From positions 81,501 through 145,500 of the forward strand of contig JAPPLG010000014.1 in NCBI GenBank assembly GCA_028819545.1: DNA of 64,000 nucleotides. The letters run 5' to 3'. A model generated the notes under the pieces. That model saw only the letters and a list, made by a program, of their open reading frames with translations. It did not search any database and was not told where the DNA came from. Within the stretch, counting starts at the first letter, position 1; the number at the start of each line of letters is the position of its first letter. Below are positions 59,335 through 64,000 of this stretch, piece after piece. The stretch comes from Bdellovibrionales bacterium (GTDB taxonomy: Bacteria > Bdellovibrionota > Bdellovibrionia > Bdellovibrionales > UBA1609). The position numbers and the translations under genes were made by a program.

Positions 59335-60273
59335 TTAAACCTTTAAATCCAAAATTAAACTAAGCAAAGCCAACCGAACATAAAGTCCATTTTCAACCTG
59401 ATTCAAAATACGGCAACGAGAATCCCTAAGGGCAAAATTAGAGATCTCCACTCCTCGAATTGCAGGCCCGGGGTGTAAAATAATCCCCTCCGGAGAGAAA
59501 ATATTGACCTGATCATAACCAATACGAAACTTATCCCTATACTCTGCAACAGAAAAACCAATAGAGCCCAGAAGATCTCCGTGTCTTTCCTCCTGAACAC
59601 GAAGAGACACCAACACTGTTGCCCACTTAACCCCTTCATTAAGTTCATCAAAGTTTTTAAAATTCTTCCATACCTCATTTCTTGGAGCTAAACCTTTTGG
59701 AGAGCAATAGGCCACCTCAGCTCCCAAGCGAGACAATAGTTTTACATTGGAGTGCGCCACTCGAGAGTGAAGCACATCCCCTACAATGAGAACGCGCTCC
59801 CCTTTAATCTGCCCCCTATCTTCCAAAATAGTTAAAGCATCTGACAAAGACTGGGAAGGATGTGACTGAGTACCCAAGCCTGCATTGATTAATGGGATAG
59901 GACTGGATAATAAGTCTTCCATTGGAATTTTAAGTTTTTTAGATCGAAAAATTAAAGCATCCGGTTTTAAAGCTTTTAATATATTAATAGTGTCTTCTAC
60001 CGTCTCCCCTTTAGCAACACTGGATCTGCCGGCACTTAAATAGATTGCTTTAACACCTAAACGGTCACAGGCCGTCTCAAAGCTGACCCTTGTACGTGTA
60101 CTTGGTTCTGTAAAGAATAAATAAACCAGTTTTCTACTGGCTTTAGTGGAATCCACCAGCCTGTGAAGTGCCCCGTCTTTAAAGTATTTCTTAAAAACTT
60201 TGGCTAAATCTATGATATCACTAATATGATGATCTTCTAAATTATCAATATCAATCAGAGAACGTCCTAACAT
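59335..60273 (-). CDS. pyrB: Aspartate carbamoyltransferase catalytic subunit
   Basis: EPSTRTRVSFE, KGE, HPSQ, GD..HSRVA.S, RVQEER, HPGP..RG.EI. Confidence 0.96.
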   Translation of the reverse strand: MLGRSLIDIDNLEDHHISDIIDLAKVFKKYFKDGALHRLVDSTKASRKLVYLFFTEPSTRTRVSFETACDRLGVKAIYLSAGRSSVAKGETVEDTINILKALKPDALIFRSKKLKIPMEDLLSSPIPLINAGLGTQSHPSQSLSDALTILEDRGQIKGERVLIVGDVLHSRVAHSNVKLLSRLGAEVAYCSPKGLAPRNEVWKNFKNFDELNEGVKWATVLVSLRVQEERHGDLLGSIGFSVAEYRDKFRIGYDQVNIFSPEGIILHPGPAIRGVEISNFALRDSRCRILNQVENGLYVRLALLSLILDLKV

Positions 60274-60328
60274 AGCTGGAGTATTTTAGAGAAAAGGCGA
60301 AAATTCGTCAACTATTCAATAAGGTCTT

Positions 60329-61081
60329 TTAAGAGTTATCCGGTTTGTCATAAACAGAAGAAAACATTCTCGACCATCTGAAGGTCCAAGGGTAACAAAG
60401 AAGGGGGAGGTTAAAAAGAGTTTTATCACAACTTAGCCAAATACCAACAGCCTGCCCCATTAAATTCTCTGCAGGTAAAAACCCCCAATAACGACTGTCT
60501 TGAGAGTTATTTCTATTGTCTCCCAGTACAAATAAAGAATCTTCCGGCACTGTCAGTTCATAGTTTTGATATGAGTCAATTTTTCTCCATAAAACCTGAT
60601 ATTGGCGAGAATCTAAAAATTCCATATTCATGTCATAATCAGAGACAGCGGCGCCTAAAGCATAGGAGAGGGTTTCATTATTATCCTCATTGTCCATTTC
60701 CAAAGTTTGACTTTGAATTTTGTTGCCATTGATCCATATATTATGATCCTGAATTTTAAGATGATCTCCTGGCAGAGCAATAACTCTCTTGACCATAAAA
60801 TAGGAGCCTTTGGTCGAACGGAAGATAACAATATCCCCTCTCCCGGGCAGAGCTTTTCTCCAAAGCCACTTTTTTGTAAATGGAACACGAAGACCGTAAG
60901 GGTATTTTTTAACAACAATATGATCATAAACCAGAAAGGTTGGAATCATACTGCCTGACGGAATAACGTAGTGGTCTAAAGCAATCCAGCGAAAAAAAAG
61001 AATAAAAAAAACAGCCCCCCAAAAAAAAGACTTGCTATCGTACCACGTACGTAATTTTTTAATAATTTTTTCCGGAATCAA
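60329..61081 (-). CDS. lepB: Signal peptidase I (catalytic Ser/Lys intact)
   Basis: IPSGSM, VKRVIALPGD, GDNRNNSQDSRYWG. Confidence 0.95.
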   Translation of the reverse strand: MIPEKIIKKLRTWYDSKSFFWGAVFFILFFRWIALDHYVIPSGSMIPTFLVYDHIVVKKYPYGLRVPFTKKWLWRKALPGRGDIVIFRSTKGSYFMVKRVIALPGDHLKIQDHNIWINGNKIQSQTLEMDNEDNNETLSYALGAAVSDYDMNMEFLDSRQYQVLWRKIDSYQNYELTVPEDSLFVLGDNRNNSQDSRYWGFLPAENLMGQAVGIWLSCDKTLFNLPLLCYPWTFRWSRMFSSVYDKPDNS

Positions 61082-62091
61082 TCAATTCTCCTTTTTTTAT
61101 GAACAGGCCAATACCATCTCTGCTTTCTAAAAGAATCAAACTGGCATAAAAATTTCAAAATAGGAAGTGTTGTCTCACAGCCCCATAAAACAACCATTGC
61201 CCGTCCCTTGATAGAATGAAGGGGAATAAGACTTTTATCTTGCCCTCCAGAAAATTCTTTTTCATTACTGACCTTTACTTGAGAGTGTAAAAGCCCCTCA
61301 ATCTTCCACTTGGAATTTTTTTCTACATGAGCTGTTAACCCCGGCTCAAGAGCTTTGACTTTGACACTCACTGAAGAGTTTTCCAGAACAACAGCTGTCA
61401 GTGTTTCAAAACGAATAGGAAAATAAGGATCTTCATCCACATATACGATTGTACCCTTTGGAATGATGACTTTCTCAAATTTTGATTGTTTTTTAAAGGT
61501 GACAATGCCCCCCGCAATCCTGGCATGAATAGGCCAAGTACGGGAATCCCTGGATTGAGAGCGATGATCCCCCATTACAAAATAATGTCCCTTAGGAATT
61601 TTATAAGGCCCAAATGAAATATCTTCTTCCTTTTTTCTTAAAACACTATAAGGTCCGGCAGACAACTCCTCCTGCCAATGCACATAATTATTTAAACCGC
61701 CCGTCTCATTTTCACCTGGAAAATCAAATGGCCTTAAAAATCCCCACTCTTGTTTCACCTCTAAAGGGGGTTGAGGTTTATACATTTTCTCATTGATAAA
61801 TAAAACACCTTTGGAATAAAACACACGATCTCCTGGAAGTCCTATTATTCTTTTAAACATGAGATGATGGGGATGTTGCGGCTCTTCCAACAGCACAACT
61901 TCACCTCTTTGAGGCTGTTTCCATACCTGCCAATAACGTTTAAAAACATTCAACCCATAGACTTGCTTCTGCACCCAAAGATAATCACCTGTAAGTAAAG
62001 TCGGAGCCATGTCTGATGTGGAAACCTGATAAGGCTCCAGAATAAATCGAATGCACAAAGCCAATAAAACAAAAGTAACAGACTTTTTCAT
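61078..62091 (-). CDS. Signal peptidase I-like protein lacking the catalytic Ser, with a baseplate-J-like insertion
   Basis: VSTSDMAPTL in place of IPSGSM; KRIIGLPGD; GDHRSQSRDSR; ~97-aa insert before IKGRA. Confidence 0.85.
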   Translation of the reverse strand: MKKSVTFVLLALCIRFILEPYQVSTSDMAPTLLTGDYLWVQKQVYGLNVFKRYWQVWKQPQRGEVVLLEEPQHPHHLMFKRIIGLPGDRVFYSKGVLFINEKMYKPQPPLEVKQEWGFLRPFDFPGENETGGLNNYVHWQEELSAGPYSVLRKKEEDISFGPYKIPKGHYFVMGDHRSQSRDSRTWPIHARIAGGIVTFKKQSKFEKVIIPKGTIVYVDEDPYFPIRFETLTAVVLENSSVSVKVKALEPGLTAHVEKNSKWKIEGLLHSQVKVSNEKEFSGGQDKSLIPLHSIKGRAMVVLWGCETTLPILKFLCQFDSFRKQRWYWPVHKKRRID

Positions 62092-63902
62092 TCACCCGAT
62101 TTCAAAACAGCCATAAATGCTTCCTGAGGAATAGAAACTTTTCCAAATTCTTTCATTCTCTTTTTTCCCCTTTTTTGTTTTTCAAGAAGTTTTCTTTTTC
62201 GAGTCACATCTCCTCCATAGAGTTTGGCAGTCACATCTTTTCTATAAGCACTGATCGTCTCACGAGCAATAATTCTTCCTCCAATAGCCGCCTGCACAGC
62301 AATAGGGTATTGTTGTCGAGGAATGATCTTTTTTAGCCGCTTAACAATATCTCTTCCGCGAAATAAAGACTTTTCCTTATGAGCAATAAGAGACAAAGCA
62401 TCCAAAACTTCTCCGTTCAATAAAATATCCAACTTCACCAAATGAGATTCCTGATATCCCTCCCACTCATACTCCATAGAAGCATATCCCCTGGAAACAG
62501 ATTTTAATTGATCATGAAAGTCAGTCACCACTTCAGCTAAAGGAATGCGATACTCTATGATCACACGGTCTTTGGCCAAATATTCCATTCGGACCTGCTC
62601 TCCTCTATTATGTTCACAAAGTTTTAAAACAGCTCCAATAGACTCGGATGGAGTATGAATGGAAAGACGAACAAAGGGCTCTTTCATTTTTTCTATTTTT
62701 GAAAAATCAGGAAGATGAGAAGGGTTTTCAATTTCCTCCACTTGGCCGTTGGTTAAAAACACCTGATAAATTACACTGGGGGCAGTGACCACAAGATTGA
62801 GGTTAAATTCTCTTTCCAAACGTTCCTGAACAATTTCAAGGTGCAGAAGGCCTAAAAACCCACATCGAAACCCAAACCCCAAAGCAGGAGAAGTTTCCAT
62901 ATCAAAAACAAGAGCTGAATCATTTAAAGAAAGTTTTTCCAAAGCTTTTTTTAAATGAGCAAAATCATCCGAACTGATTGGGTAAACTCCTGAGTACACC
63001 ATAGGTTTTAATTGTTTAAACCCCGCCAGCGGCTCTTCTGCAGGATGATTTTTATGAGTTAAAGTGTCTCCAACCCGAATTTGTTTAATATCCTTAATTC
63101 CGCATATAATAAAACCCACCTCTCCTTGAGACAGCTCTTTCTTGGAAACCACATAAGGAGAAAAAATTCCCATCTTTAAAACTTCACATTCCAATTGAGA
63201 GCCCATAAACCGAACAGCGTCCCCTTGTTTAATTTTACCGTCTTTAATACGACAAAGAGCCACCACTCCCTGGTAAGAGTCAAACCAGGAATCAAAGACT
63301 AAGGCCCTCAAATAATCTTCAGAAGAAGAGCTGGGGGGAGGAATCTTTTCAACAACAGCAGATAAGATCTGCTCCAGTCCCTGTCCGGTTTTAGCACTGA
63401 TTTCCAAAATCTCATCTTCTTGAAACCCCATTAAGTCCATCAATTGTTTTTTACATTGCGGAACATCCGCTGAAGGCAGATCCACTTTATTCAAAACAGG
63501 AATAATTTTTAAATTCCCCTCCAAAGCCAAGTAGGCATGAGCCAGAGTCTGAGCCTCCACTCCCTGACTGGCGTCCACCACCAACAAAACTCCCTCGCAG
63601 GCACTTAAAGACCTGGAAACTTCATAAGAAAAATCCACATGTCCCGGTGTATCTATAAGATTTAGTTGATAAATTTGTTGATCCTGATGTGTGTAACTCA
63701 AGCAGACAGTCTGAGCTTTAATGGTAATGCCCCTTTCTCTTTCAATATCCATACTGTCCAAGTACTGGGATTTTTTATCCCTTTCTTCAACAGCTCCCGT
63801 CAAACTCATCAACCCATCTGCCAAGGTAGACTTGCCATGATCAATATGAGCAATAATAGAAAAATTTCGAATATTTTGAACACTCATTCCTTTTGACTCC
63901 AT
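62088..63902 (-). CDS. lepA: Elongation factor 4 (LepA)
   Basis: IRNFSIIAHIDHGKSTL, ERERGITIK, IDTPGHVDF, NKVD, RKDVTAK.YGGD. Confidence 0.98.
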   Translation of the reverse strand: MESKGMSVQNIRNFSIIAHIDHGKSTLADGLMSLTGAVEERDKKSQYLDSMDIERERGITIKAQTVCLSYTHQDQQIYQLNLIDTPGHVDFSYEVSRSLSACEGVLLVVDASQGVEAQTLAHAYLALEGNLKIIPVLNKVDLPSADVPQCKKQLMDLMGFQEDEILEISAKTGQGLEQILSAVVEKIPPPSSSSEDYLRALVFDSWFDSYQGVVALCRIKDGKIKQGDAVRFMGSQLECEVLKMGIFSPYVVSKKELSQGEVGFIICGIKDIKQIRVGDTLTHKNHPAEEPLAGFKQLKPMVYSGVYPISSDDFAHLKKALEKLSLNDSALVFDMETSPALGFGFRCGFLGLLHLEIVQERLEREFNLNLVVTAPSVIYQVFLTNGQVEEIENPSHLPDFSKIEKMKEPFVRLSIHTPSESIGAVLKLCEHNRGEQVRMEYLAKDRVIIEYRIPLAEVVTDFHDQLKSVSRGYASMEYEWEGYQESHLVKLDILLNGEVLDALSLIAHKEKSLFRGRDIVKRLKKIIPRQQYPIAVQAAIGGRIIARETISAYRKDVTAKLYGGDVTRKRKLLEKQKRGKKRMKEFGKVSIPQEAFMAVLKSGE

Positions 63903-64000
63903 TGCTTTGGATATATTTACATCTTCTATTTTTTATGATTCAATGTCCATTCATGCGTTATTTTTTATTTCTACTTTTTTGCACATCCTGCATCTCCGTC

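Noticed and set aside
61234-61524. Prophage remnant or intein as the explanation for the LepB insert
   Set aside because: No other phage genes nearby, no intein C/S start or HN end, and the frame and operon coupling are intact
7536-63896. Numerous 60-110-aa ORFs nested in or antisense to housekeeping genes
   Set aside because: Expected shadow ORFs with no RBS or motif support
1-64000. Alternative genetic code or stop-codon reassignment
   Set aside because: Conserved genes are full length under code 11 and end at TAA, TAG and TGA

Overview
AT-rich bacterial chromosome segment, most consistent with a Bdellovibrionota (Bdellovibrionales/Oligoflexia-like) genome. That assignment is inferred from gene content and order: a RomR-like regulator beside def-fmt-rpe and birA, lepA followed by tandem lepB, and an ABC-pilD-pilMNOPQ cluster. 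Most of the window is housekeeping (fliA, rpoH, metG, infA, topA, prc, 2-oxoacid dehydrogenase E1, nfu, dnaJ, pyrG, lipB, dnaE, guaA, gltX, carD, rel/spoT, rpoZ, gmk, carAB, pyrB, lepA) plus type IVa pilus genes and one tRNA-Val(GAC). There are two accessory patches, about 13.3-16.7 kb and about 22.8-27.0 kb. I found no CRISPR array, transposase, integrase or rRNA. Most notable: (1) a signal peptidase I paralog whose catalytic Ser is replaced by Asp and which carries a ~97-aa baseplate-J-like insertion, coupled to an intact lepB; (2) REP-type palindromes inserted in frame into two neighbouring genes (romR-like and birA); (3) fliL directly abutting fliA, as if the flagellar switch/export genes had been removed; (4) a Cys-motif acidic lipoprotein family next to a MITE-like hairpin; (5) a candidate sigma54-driven sRNA; (6) a possible non-canonical start codon for fmt. 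All product calls come from motif recognition by eye, with no database searches.
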